Of a DNA stretch of 64,000 nt, positions 55,802 through 64,000 are shown piece by piece. Made by a program: the position numbers and the translations under genes. The stretch comes from a virus. Position 1 is the first letter of the stretch; each line of letters starts with the position of its first letter. A model generated the notes under the pieces. That model had not been told where the DNA came from and did no database searches. It worked only from the letters and a program-made list of their open reading frames with translations. The DNA lies in IMG/VR virus record IMGVR_UViG_3300025280_000023, positions 59,550 through 123,549 of that record; one strand, given 5' to 3'.

Positions 55802-56059
55802 TTACTCATCAACATGAATCTCCCTGGTGTTAACCCAGGCAGTGATATTACGGGTGCCAGTCCACCATACACCTACAGTGAAATCAGGTGGCCTCTTTCT
55901 ATCTCGGTTATCGTAGCTATATGTAAAGATAACTAAATTATGCTGGCCTGTCTTCCTGTCTTTGAAGTCTGTTTTAAACTCTCCGACAGCACGCAGGGCG
56001 ATTCCAGCCTCCTCGTTATCCCTGGCGTTCATGATTTTAATATTCGGTCTATCTTTCAT
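55802..56059 (-). CDS. hypothetical protein
   Basis: 85 aa ORF. Confidence 0.68.
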   Translation of the reverse strand: MKDRPNIKIMNARDNEEAGIALRAVGEFKTDFKDRKTGQHNLVIFTYSYDNRDRKRPPDFTVGVWWTGTRNITAWVNTREIHVDE

Positions 56060-56062
56060 TGA

Positions 56063-56326
56063 TTATTCAGTTGTTTCCAAATTGGACATAACTGATTCAG
56101 CTATGGCATGATACCGGCTGTCCTTTGGCCATCGATGCCACGCGCCTGGGCAGTCAGGGCACTTATAATAAAGACCAACGTCATGCTCACGGGAAGATAC
56201 CAGGACCTCACGTCTAAAGTGTGTATGCCCGCCGTAGAACTCTTGGCTTTCTCTTGGGATAGGTTCCCCTTGGAGATCCGCCTTGCAGCGGGGGCATTGA
56301 CTTAGCTCTGGTTCAAGCTGACTCAT
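56063..56326 (-). CDS. Zn-ribbon hypothetical protein
   Basis: CPRC...CPDC. Confidence 0.72.
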   Translation of the reverse strand: MSQLEPELSQCPRCKADLQGEPIPRESQEFYGGHTHFRREVLVSSREHDVGLYYKCPDCPGAWHRWPKDSRYHAIAESVMSNLETTE

Positions 56327-56371
56327 GCCGAAATCTTAACTTACCCAGGCATCGAAGTCAAGGAACTTATG

Positions 56372-56785
56372 CTATCCAACCCCTTGTGACCCAGACCAGT
56401 TAGCTTGCAAATGGCCATGGGGGATATTTGTTAATCCAGCTACTACAGAGGCAGAGCTTTCGGCTGCTGTATTACTTAAGAGGAATACTTTTACAACCCG
56501 GAACTCCCCTTCAAAGCTCTCGCCATTGTCCAAGACAGCAAAATTATTATTTATTGTTCCCTTGACTCCTGCTTCCGAAAAGCCAAATCTTAAAGGAGAA
56601 GATGGATCTGTTGTAGATAACGTATTAGTGACCACGACAAACCTTGACACCTGGTTAAATGAAACTATCAATGGCGTGGCCGAAGACACCGGAACCGTCA
56701 GTGAAGAGGTCAAAAATGGACGTGCAGACGCTTGGTATGAGGCGACTTTCCCCAGGCCTTGTCCATAATTAAAGCTCGACGGCAT
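56372..56785 (-). CDS. putative virion structural protein
   Basis: GLGKVASYQASARPF...VVAGLTNI...WSGSQGVG; CTAGTTA motif upstream. Confidence 0.7.
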   Translation of the reverse strand: MPSSFNYGQGLGKVASYQASARPFLTSSLTVPVSSATPLIVSFNQVSRFVVVTNTLSTTDPSSPLRFGFSEAGVKGTINNNFAVLDNGESFEGEFRVVKVFLLSNTAAESSASVVAGLTNIPHGHLQANWSGSQGVG

Positions 56786-56900
56786 TATTCATTTCCTTAT
56801 TTTAGGTTGACAAAAGGCATCTTGTCTTGTTCCCAACCCAAACATGTCACTCTGTGTGTGTAATAACTAGTATAAATCATTGCAAATATCCGCAAGAAGC

Positions 56901-58455
56901 TTATTGCTCTTCGAGCCACGTAGCAGAGAAATTCCCTGCCTGGTGGCCTTTCGTGGTCTTCAGTGTGAAAACATAGTAAGAACCAGCGTTTAGACATAGG
57001 TTCAAGCGTTCCATGTCTTGCTCTGCCGCCCCGTCCGCGCCTATGCTGAAAACATAAATGGGTTCCATATCAGCTATGTCTATTGAGTTGGCACCATCTC
57101 CCGAGCCCGGTGTTAAAGAGGAGTATGAAACATTACTTTTGGTTTCATCAAACCATTGAAAATCGACATCACCATTAATTTTCGGATTCTTATATACGGC
57201 GATGGTCATGACGCCACTCAATCCACTGGTGCTGACATCGTTAGACGCATGCAGCCTCAGTAGCCTCACCTGACCAAACGAAGAGACACCGTTGAAAGTC
57301 CGATTAGCTTTTAATGCCAAAAAAGGCCCGTTAGCAAAATCAGAATTGGCAGACTGAATTTCACCAAAATTATGATATTTGGTATGAAGCGGGTCAAGGA
57401 TGGGGTTTATACCTTCTAAATAAGCAGACATATGAACGCATTTTAATGTTGCGGCGGTGGCCCCGCCATTGTTTGAACACAGGGATTTAACAGAGAAAAT
57501 TGGGTTGGTGGAATCGACTCTATCTAAAAAATTAGAAAACTGAAATTCGTGGATTTTAATCAGATCGCCGGTTTGGGGATCTAAAATAGAATAACGTATA
57601 TCTCCGCAGCCATGCTGATATTCGACTTGATAACTATTGATTTTTTCGGGGTCTAGAACCATGCCAGAGGGACCAGTGTCGTCCAATGGGTCATGATTAA
57701 AATCAGTTTGTTTAACAAATGTAATGTCTCTGTTGACGCCTGCCTGAACCTGGGCGAATGTTCCGGCAAAGGAAGTCCCTGCGGCGGTATAGGAGCCAGT
57801 GAGCGTGGTTTTAGATCGCAAAGACGAGTAGTACACCTTATCGCCGATAGCATCGGCGTTCCAGCCTAAGCCGACACCAGTATAATCCGCTATAGATAAT
57901 TGGTATGCTGTTCGAGTCACATCGTTGCCTCCCGTAACGGGCACAACCAAGGAATCCCCCCGAGAGGGTCACTGTGATTTCTGTAGTGGCGCAGGGATCG
58001 GTCACCTGTAGGGACCTTATCTCTGTCTTGCCTGCCACGCCGTGTAGAGCGCCGAAGTCCAGGTTTCTATAACCAATAAGGAAAGCATTTTCGCTATTTT
58101 CCGCACCGAAAAATTGGACGGTCCCAGCGGAAGCGCTACCATAAATCATAGCGCCCCGGACGGCACCGCCTTCGCCCGGGGCATGCTTGATCTTTCTTTT
58201 TGTTTGAACAAACGCCGTGGCGTCTTTTGTTACACCACTTGTCAAAACAACAAGGGAGGCGCTGGTCGCCACCGTCCCGTCAAGCGTAACCTGTTGTTCA
58301 AAGATATCGTTGTTGATCCCATGAACAAAGTTACCCTGGACAACCGGTTCCATAGAAGCCACAACCAATTCATGTCATGCCGTTGTGGGGCCTTTAATAT
58401 AAACGCTATCAGCACCCTCTGTCGCGTTTCTGTTCTTTAGATTGGTAAACGGCAT
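56901..58455 (-). pseudogene. disrupted virion/tail-type beta-protein gene (in-frame TGA plus +1 frameshift)
   Basis: ATG 58455 with RBS; TGA at 58375-58377; ORFs 57838..58368 and 56901..57950 join if one G is removed from the G6 run at 57956-57961. Confidence 0.65.
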
Positions 58456-58523
58456 TGCGCATCTCCCGAACCTTCAGTGGGCTCTACGCAGTAATTAGTA
58501 TAAATTATTACAAATAACCGTAT

Positions 58524-59402
58524 TCAATCCTCTATTTCGCCATCAATAGAAATGACAAACTCACCCTTGTCGGCCCACTCCATTGTACACTTGTTATTTG
58601 TCAAGTGCATGTATAGTCCATTTGGACCAAGCTTGCCGTCTCGATCTCTAATATAATTGGCTATTGCCTGCTTCAGTTCTTCCTCTGTAAGATAGATTGT
58701 TTTAAGGCTTGTTGTCCTCATTGTGTTTTCCATCCAAGTAATCTGCTCATCTATTCTTTCTGGTGTGTTGCCGCCGCAGATAGGGCAGCTATCATCCTTA
58801 CAAGTTGAGTCGCAGTAGCAGTCAGGACAGCCAATTCCGCCTTCTTGGTAGGCAACGCAGTTTTCTTTAACGTGCCTGTGGTCTTTCGTTATATTGTCTA
58901 AACAGTCGTCCATAAACTCATCGCCAACAAGAGAATAAGTCAATGGTTGGACACTTTTTATCTTTACCTTTACGGCTCCAGCTTTTTCCAATTGCATAAT
59001 GTGTTCTTCTCCCTCGGCATAAAGACCCGGGTTCCCCGACCGATAGTGGGTTTCAAGTATTTTTGATCTAAGAAGAAGAATATCGCGTTCTTTCTCAAGT
59101 CCCTTCGTTTTCTCTTTCAGTGTCTCGATCTCAAGCCGAAGAAGCGGGACGCAGGAGCAGTGTATCTCGTCGGGAGCACATTCTTCACCAACCGTGCGAC
59201 GGTAATCCTCGTAAAACTGTTCTATTTGTTCTTTGGTCATATCGTTTAGCAAATAAGATCTGTTATCCCAGGCATAATTATATCCTCTGGAGTTGTCCGT
59301 TTGTCGAACACCGTTCGTAGATGTTCCTTTATAACCCCAATTTGTTCTTTTGTCAATGTATCCTCGGTCGAAAGCTCCCAGTATCCCCGGAGCCAATAGC
59401 AA
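58524..59402 (-). CDS. hypothetical protein, mosaic with Cys clusters
   Basis: 292 aa ORF; start uncertain. Confidence 0.7.
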   Translation of the reverse strand: MLLAPGILGAFDRGYIDKRTNWGYKGTSTNGVRQTDNSRGYNYAWDNRSYLLNDMTKEQIEQFYEDYRRTVGEECAPDEIHCSCVPLLRLEIETLKEKTKGLEKERDILLLRSKILETHYRSGNPGLYAEGEEHIMQLEKAGAVKVKIKSVQPLTYSLVGDEFMDDCLDNITKDHRHVKENCVAYQEGGIGCPDCYCDSTCKDDSCPICGGNTPERIDEQITWMENTMRTTSLKTIYLTEEELKQAIANYIRDRDGKLGPNGLYMHLTNNKCTMEWADKGEFVISIDGEIED

Positions 59403-59415
59403 AATTCTTTCTCAG

Positions 59416-59727
59416 TCATTTTTTATCCCCGTATAGTTCATTGCAAAGCCTATTGCATGCTCTTTGGTCTTCGCTCACATCTTCAAATCCCGCCGCCTTG
59501 AGCCGTTCCTCTGTCGTGGTGGTTTGTTGCTTACCCTTGCTTTTCTTCGATTGGGGGCATAAAACCTTGCAATCAAACTCTTCTTCAAACTCTCGCCACT
59601 TTGTTTCATTCTCAATAGTTGTGAAGTTGGCATAAATCCACTCTAACTTGTCTTCCATCTGGCTGTATTCTTCGAATATTTCTTTGAGGTCGTCTACGAT
59701 ACTATCATGGTACGAACTAAATGCCAT
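59416..59727 (-). CDS. hypothetical protein
   Basis: 103 aa ORF. Confidence 0.72.
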   Translation of the reverse strand: MAFSSYHDSIVDDLKEIFEEYSQMEDKLEWIYANFTTIENETKWREFEEEFDCKVLCPQSKKSKGKQQTTTTEERLKAAGFEDVSEDQRACNRLCNELYGDKK

Positions 59728-60250
59728 CTTCTCTTTTCTCCTTCAGGAGCCGCTCTTTTTCCACTTCCCACTTGGCGCTCCTGATGTCGTCCCAATCATT
59801 GAAGCAAGGGTCGCATAGTGTTTTGAACCAGCCGGTTGGTTGCTCTTTGCCGGGGTTTCCACAGTTCTCGCAGGTGTGGCCAGTTATCGCTTCGGCCATA
59901 TCAACAAGGCCCCTGATGTAATCGTCACCGCCGTAATAGTAGAAGCGGCCTTTGGCGAACTTTTCCTTAATCTGCGAAAAGAAGAAACGGTTCATCCACT
60001 TGCCTTCTTCCGGTGGTTCTTCATAATCCGAAACGATGACAACCCCGCCCTTCTCTTGCCACTTGACATAGTGTTCAATCATCCCACAAAGAGTGTCAAG
60101 CAAGGGAAGCCAGCCGTCATTTACGGAAGGCCAGGCGTGCTCAAGGAGTTCAGGGTATTTTTCAATCAACTGTTCTTGTGGTGTCTTTCTTTCACTCATC
60201 TTCATTCTCCAGCATATCATCCAAGCAAGCGTCCATGAACTCATCGTCAA
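59717..60250 (-). CDS. conserved phage hypothetical protein
   Basis: DGWLPLL, QIKEKF..RFY, TCENCG...TLCDPC; true start near 60200. Confidence 0.75.
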   Translation of the reverse strand: MTMSSWTLAWMICWRMKMSERKTPQEQLIEKYPELLEHAWPSVNDGWLPLLDTLCGMIEHYVKWQEKGGVVIVSDYEEPPEEGKWMNRFFFSQIKEKFAKGRFYYYGGDDYIRGLVDMAEAITGHTCENCGNPGKEQPTGWFKTLCDPCFNDWDDIRSAKWEVEKERLLKEKREDGI

Positions 60251-60725
60251 TATGTGACTTCTTCAGCATCTCGGTGTCTTCCAAGTCCTTTAAATAATCA
60301 AACTGATTCTTTTGCAGGTTGCATGTGAAAAAAGGATCCGCCTGCTCAAACTCTTGTAGGTATTGTTTGCTCATAATGGGCTGCAAGGCGAGGATCCCGT
60401 AGTCCTTTACGTAATTAACGTAAAAGGGATTATCATCATAATAGACGCGAATGTTGTTATCTTGCAATAGCTTTAGTTTATGTTTTGCCATTCGTTTGAA
60501 ATGCTCTAAACTCATGTCCGCTTTATCATATTCGTACCCAGTCAGCACATCCTTAAAGTCAGATCGTACAAGCCCTAAGCTCTCCAGGGCCATTTCGACT
60601 TCTTGGATCTTAGACGGCGGTGTGCCCGTAACAATAAACACATCTCCAGGCCAACTTTTAATGAGCTTGACAAAAAACTCCGGCTCATATGAAATCGTAT
60701 CATGGAAATCTAGCCCTAAATTCAT
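60192..60725 (-). CDS. HAD-like hydrolase
   Basis: LGLDFHDTI, IVTG, K, YYDDNP. Confidence 0.75.
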   Translation of the reverse strand: MNLGLDFHDTISYEPEFFVKLIKSWPGDVFIVTGTPPSKIQEVEMALESLGLVRSDFKDVLTGYEYDKADMSLEHFKRMAKHKLKLLQDNNIRVYYDDNPFYVNYVKDYGILALQPIMSKQYLQEFEQADPFFTCNLQKNQFDYLKDLEDTEMLKKSHIDDEFMDACLDDMLENEDE

Positions 60726-60728
60726 AGC

Positions 60729-60923
60729 CTACCTGTAGGCCCTTGTGTCAACGTTTACTTCCCACTCGCCATCCTCCCTCTTCTCCCAACGATAATTAAC
60801 AATATTAATATGCTCCGGAAAATCATCCTTTCCAGGCTCATGTTTGTTAATATGGAGTTGGACCATTGATATTTTTGGAAAATGCTTCACAGAAAATTGG
60901 TTGTCTTTTATTTCTTCAGTCAT
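60729..60923 (-). CDS. hypothetical protein
   Basis: 64 aa ORF in operon. Confidence 0.65.
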   Translation of the reverse strand: MTEEIKDNQFSVKHFPKISMVQLHINKHEPGKDDFPEHINIVNYRWEKREDGEWEVNVDTRAYR

Positions 60924-60925
60924 CT

Positions 60926-61210
60926 CTAATCCGTATAGTAAGCGCCCCAGAAGCTCTTGCCGTCATCTGATTTAGTGCAATGGCCTCCAAAGCAAAGGTT
61001 ACCGTAATCCGCTATAAGAGCAATATCCTTTTCTGACAGCGCCTGACATTCCTCATCAAGAAGTTCGCCTTTAAACTGCGTCTTGGCATACATGGAGACC
61101 TTCTGAAGGTGTATCCTCGATACAAGGTGCTTAATTTCCCCGTACCTATCTATGTTCTCTTGGTGCTTCTTCTCTTCACCCTTAGTATATGCATAGCCAG
61201 CGATATTCAT
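60926..61210 (-). CDS. hypothetical protein
   Basis: AGGAG RBS before MNIAGYAY; DYGNLCFGG..YTD. Confidence 0.7.
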   Translation of the reverse strand: MNIAGYAYTKGEEKKHQENIDRYGEIKHLVSRIHLQKVSMYAKTQFKGELLDEECQALSEKDIALIADYGNLCFGGHCTKSDDGKSFWGAYYTD

Positions 61211-61587
61211 GAAAATTCTCCTGTGATCAGATCCCAAGTACCCTCACCATGTTCAATACAATGTTCGCCATCAAGTTCATGTCTTCGCAAAGCCCTCCCG
61301 GTGTGAGGCTTCCGCTGTGTAATGCGCTCTATCATTTCTTCGCAAGGCACCTGCTCTCCATATTCATTAAAGATTGCTACTTCGGGTTTCTCCAAGAACT
61401 CTTTCCAAGTAACAAGCGACCTCGGCGTTGCACATTCATAGAACTCATCATTCCAGTCATCACGCTCTACGACGTGCAAGCTAAACATCCAGCCACTCGA
61501 ACTCTTTCCAATATGGAAAGTGTTGTAATCATCCCCTCTGTGACAGTGCTCGCAGATATTATATTTAGCGTAATAATTAGTTCCCAC
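61207..61587 (-). CDS. conserved phage hypothetical protein
   Basis: MGTNYY, HIGKSSSGW, NEYG, GEFS pattern. Confidence 0.8.
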   Translation of the reverse strand: MGTNYYAKYNICEHCHRGDDYNTFHIGKSSSGWMFSLHVVERDDWNDEFYECATPRSLVTWKEFLEKPEVAIFNEYGEQVPCEEMIERITQRKPHTGRALRRHELDGEHCIEHGEGTWDLITGEFS

Positions 61588-62238
61588 TTATGACACCCCA
61601 TTCGAAAAGTCAATTGCCATTTGTTTGGCGTCCTCAAGCGTCTCGGCCTTCCACTCTCCCCGACCCCAGTCTTCAGGATAATCAGAGAATACTGCGCCCT
61701 CTTGACCACGCCTTTCTTCATTAGGCTCGTCGTCAGAGTATATCCAGCGTGTCCACACACCCTTGGCACCCCCAGGTATGATCTCTCCATGCTCAGAAGT
61801 TATATTCCTTTTATGTCCATCGAGATATCCCCAAAAATTATGGCAATCTTTAAGGAACTCGTCTTCGTTCTTGGGAGTGAACCCGCAGTCTCCAACCTTA
61901 ACTTCGGAACCTACACCGAATCCATACATGGCTCGATGGGACCACCCATACCATTTCTGCTCCTCCTCATTGAACCCAATAGAGCAGACACTCGACCCGT
62001 TGTCAATAAGTTCCGGCTTGATGCCGCATTTGTTACACAGGAAGTGCGCATCTTTGCTACCGCCCATATAATCTCCATCATGATTATAGGCAACCGTCAT
62101 GTCCAGGGGCTTGTTGTCATTGCGGTAGCTGGTTACGCGTTCCTTCTGGAGGATATACCCTGTCTTGAACTTCTTGGTCCACAAGACTTCAACTGTATCG
62201 CCGTGATTCTCGTACACACTTTTAATTGGTTCAGTCAT
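61588..62238 (-). CDS. hypothetical protein
   Basis: 216 aa; CSIGF..EQKWYGWSHRA. Confidence 0.8.
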   Translation of the reverse strand: MTEPIKSVYENHGDTVEVLWTKKFKTGYILQKERVTSYRNDNKPLDMTVAYNHDGDYMGGSKDAHFLCNKCGIKPELIDNGSSVCSIGFNEEEQKWYGWSHRAMYGFGVGSEVKVGDCGFTPKNEDEFLKDCHNFWGYLDGHKRNITSEHGEIIPGGAKGVWTRWIYSDDEPNEERRGQEGAVFSDYPEDWGRGEWKAETLEDAKQMAIDFSNGVS

Positions 62239-62933
62239 ACTTCTCCTCCCAGAGCAGTCTCAATGAGGCATTTCATATATGCATCAAACTCATTTCCCGT
62301 TGTCTCCCAAGTGTCCAGTCTCCATTGTAAATACGCCCGGTACTTCTTTTCATCATCGGGTGAAATGTCCCCGGTGCCATTGGCGTGCATATGAAGCCTC
62401 TCCGCTATTTTGTAAACCCCTTCTTTATACAATTCATCTTTAGTGTTTTTCGATAAGTGTCCTTCCGGTTTCGATAGGTTGGCAAGAGTGAACCCTCTGT
62501 GCTCGCCCCAAGGCTCACAGATCTCTGTTTCTTCAATAAGGATCTCATCTCCCTCTTCCCAGTCTAGCTCTTCCAACAGTTCATCCGGTATGGGAACAAA
62601 GCAATCGTCAGTGCCTTCAGCCTGCTCAATCGTTACTATGTGCTGGCCGCCCACGAGCCCGTCTCTTTGTTTATTTCGTTTCCAGTCCCACCAAGACTCC
62701 TCTGCGTCATATGTAAATTCTCCGTTCTCCCAAAACCACAAGTTGGTGCCGTCGCGCTCGATATCTCTTGTGGCCATATGTAAGTCTTCTAGGCTACACA
62801 TGCGGGCCCTGCAAAAGGTGTTATATTCCCCACTTGGACCAAGCGGATAAAGCTCCACGAGTTCACATACGTCACTGCCGTCTGCCTCGCCTATTTTTAC
62901 TATGGCGTATTTCCAGCCTTTATTGATCGTCAT
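62235..62933 (-). CDS. hypothetical protein with central AbrB/SpoVT-like segment
   Basis: FVPIPDELLEELDWEEGDEILI. Confidence 0.65.
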   Translation of the reverse strand: MTINKGWKYAIVKIGEADGSDVCELVELYPLGPSGEYNTFCRARMCSLEDLHMATRDIERDGTNLWFWENGEFTYDAEESWWDWKRNKQRDGLVGGQHIVTIEQAEGTDDCFVPIPDELLEELDWEEGDEILIEETEICEPWGEHRGFTLANLSKPEGHLSKNTKDELYKEGVYKIAERLHMHANGTGDISPDDEKKYRAYLQWRLDTWETTGNEFDAYMKCLIETALGGEV

Positions 62934-63180
62934 GTTCTCGTCCTTTTTCTTCTATTTTAAGAGTAATGCCGCCATGCCACTTGCTCCTGAAATAAGCACA
63001 GAAATGATCCCACAGTAGCTCTGCTAGAGATTCATGAATACCTAATTCATCTGTCTCTGAATCAGAGTATACATCGGTTAAAACATACGTTGGATCTGCC
63101 TCACTTATTGTTAAGGCCATCCATCCATTGTGCGCACGTTTAATTAAAACATCACCAAGCTCAAGATCGACTTTCATCAC
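62920..63180 (-). CDS. hypothetical protein
   Basis: 86 aa ORF in operon. Confidence 0.68.
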   Translation of the reverse strand: MMKVDLELGDVLIKRAHNGWMALTISEADPTYVLTDVYSDSETDELGIHESLAELLWDHFCAYFRSKWHGGITLKIEEKGREHDDQ

Positions 63181-63445
63181 CTGCCTCCTGGGATAACCTC
63201 TGGTTATTCAGATAGCACGCACAGGGTTTATTTGCAAGCCTTTCTTCTTTTAATAGTCGATAGGCCTCATCAAATTGTGCTCGTATTGTGTACACTTCGG
63301 AGCCCGGTGGGGCTTCCAACCAATCATCAACGTAGCACTCTAGTTCATCTAGGGCTATCTCTAGCATGTCTAGTCCAGTTGGCTCTTTCATTGGTCGCCT
63401 CCCATGGCCCATCCGGCCATCACCAGCACACAACTTATAACACAT
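63161..63445 (-). CDS. hypothetical protein
   Basis: ORF; start probably at MKEPTG after GGAGG. Confidence 0.6.
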   Translation of the reverse strand: MCYKLCAGDGRMGHGRRPMKEPTGLDMLEIALDELECYVDDWLEAPPGSEVYTIRAQFDEAYRLLKEERLANKPCACYLNNQRLSQEAGDESRS

Positions 63446-63469
63446 CCCGCAAAAAACGCTACCGTTGGG

Positions 63470-63670
63470 TCACACATTTAACAACTCCGAAAATAGTTCA
63501 ACTAATTCTTCCTTGTGTTCATCGTCATCCGCTAGGATCTCTATCATCTTATAAACGAAGGTGGTCATTGTCAATCTTTGCATGCCGATCTGTCTGAACT
63601 TGCCTGTTCTAACATACGACGCAACAAGCTCATCAAGCTCATCAAGCTTCTTTTGTTTTTCAGGTATCAT
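63470..63670 (-). CDS. hypothetical protein
   Basis: 66 aa ORF. Confidence 0.62.
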   Translation of the reverse strand: MIPEKQKKLDELDELVASYVRTGKFRQIGMQRLTMTTFVYKMIEILADDDEHKEELVELFSELLNV

Positions 63671-63726
63671 CCTTACCAGCCTTGTTGTCTAAAATACCCC
63701 CGTTGTCCCGTTCGGGCAACAAAAGG

Positions 63727-63798
63727 ACTCCCCTGTGGGATTCGATACCCACATCTTCCCGGTTACGATCCAGGGCTTTACTGTTAAGCTAAGGGGAG
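63727..63798 (-). tRNA. atypical tRNA-Thr (CGT), possibly degenerate
   Basis: 7-bp acceptor CTCCCCT/AGGGGAG, D-arm, loop AT-CGT-AA, 8-nt T-loop, ends CCT. Confidence 0.6.
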
Positions 63799-63819
63799 AG
63801 AAAACTACTTTCTTTTATA

Positions 63820-63898
63820 TGGTACTCCCGGCAGGACTCGAACCTGCAAAAAAATCACGGCTTAGAAGACCGCTGCCCTTCCATTAGACTACGGGAGC
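63820..63898 (-). tRNA. tRNA-Arg (TCT)
   Basis: Cloverleaf, loop CT-TCT-AA, TTCGA T-loop, U-rich enlarged variable loop, encoded CCA. Confidence 0.9.
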
Positions 63899-64000
63899 AT
63901 ATCAATACTCTTTATATGGTTCCAGTTGTTTCCTTGTTTCTCGGTCTACTTCATATATTTTAACGTTTGCTCTATCGGCACACTTCAACATAATATAGTA

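Noticed and set aside
61621-62850. Plus-strand ORFs of 257, 102 and 135 aa
   Set aside because: Antisense to well-formed overlapping minus-strand operon genes.
1-64000. Genome-wide stop-codon reassignment (prompted by TAG-ATG junctions at 3986 and 6997 and the TGA at 58377)
   Set aside because: Long genes are intact under the standard code, TAG and TGA end recognisable proteins at expected positions, and no suppressor tRNA is seen.

Overview
This 64 kb window is a segment of a large dsDNA tailed phage genome (jumbo-phage-like, densely coded, no rRNA, CRISPR or transposase seen). The host is probably a Myxococcota-like deltaproteobacterium, inferred from a Cys-rich MopE-repeat/vWA lipoprotein, a CglF/GltF-like protein and a TlpA-like lipoprotein. 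Left part (1-32.6 kb, mostly + strand): PhoH, peptide deformylase, Hsp20, a nucleotidyltransferase, NUDIX, a 5'-nucleotidase, two S74-chaperone tail fibres, and about 15 unrelated proteins sharing a short N-terminal leader (MKxLLENWxxFLxE or MKIxxxNKxxxLTE). Many of these genes lie 4 nt downstream of a CTAnTTA motif, a putative late promoter. A GC-rich, repeat-rich non-coding stretch (32.7-33.5 kb) separates this from a minus-strand array of small early-type genes behind sigma70-like promoters (DUF932, SprT, DUF4240/4241, deaminase, TrmH, YkuK-like RNase H). That array also holds five tRNAs and a few interspersed virion-type genes, one of them broken. The most notable observations are three unannotated structured RNA candidates (about 610 nt at 14.46-15.07 kb, about 130 nt at 31.76 kb, and a tRNA-like 182 nt element at 36.56 kb), a possible phage copy of gliding-motility surface components, and a putative capsid-targeting leader system. 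All family assignments come from motif recognition by eye, not database searches.
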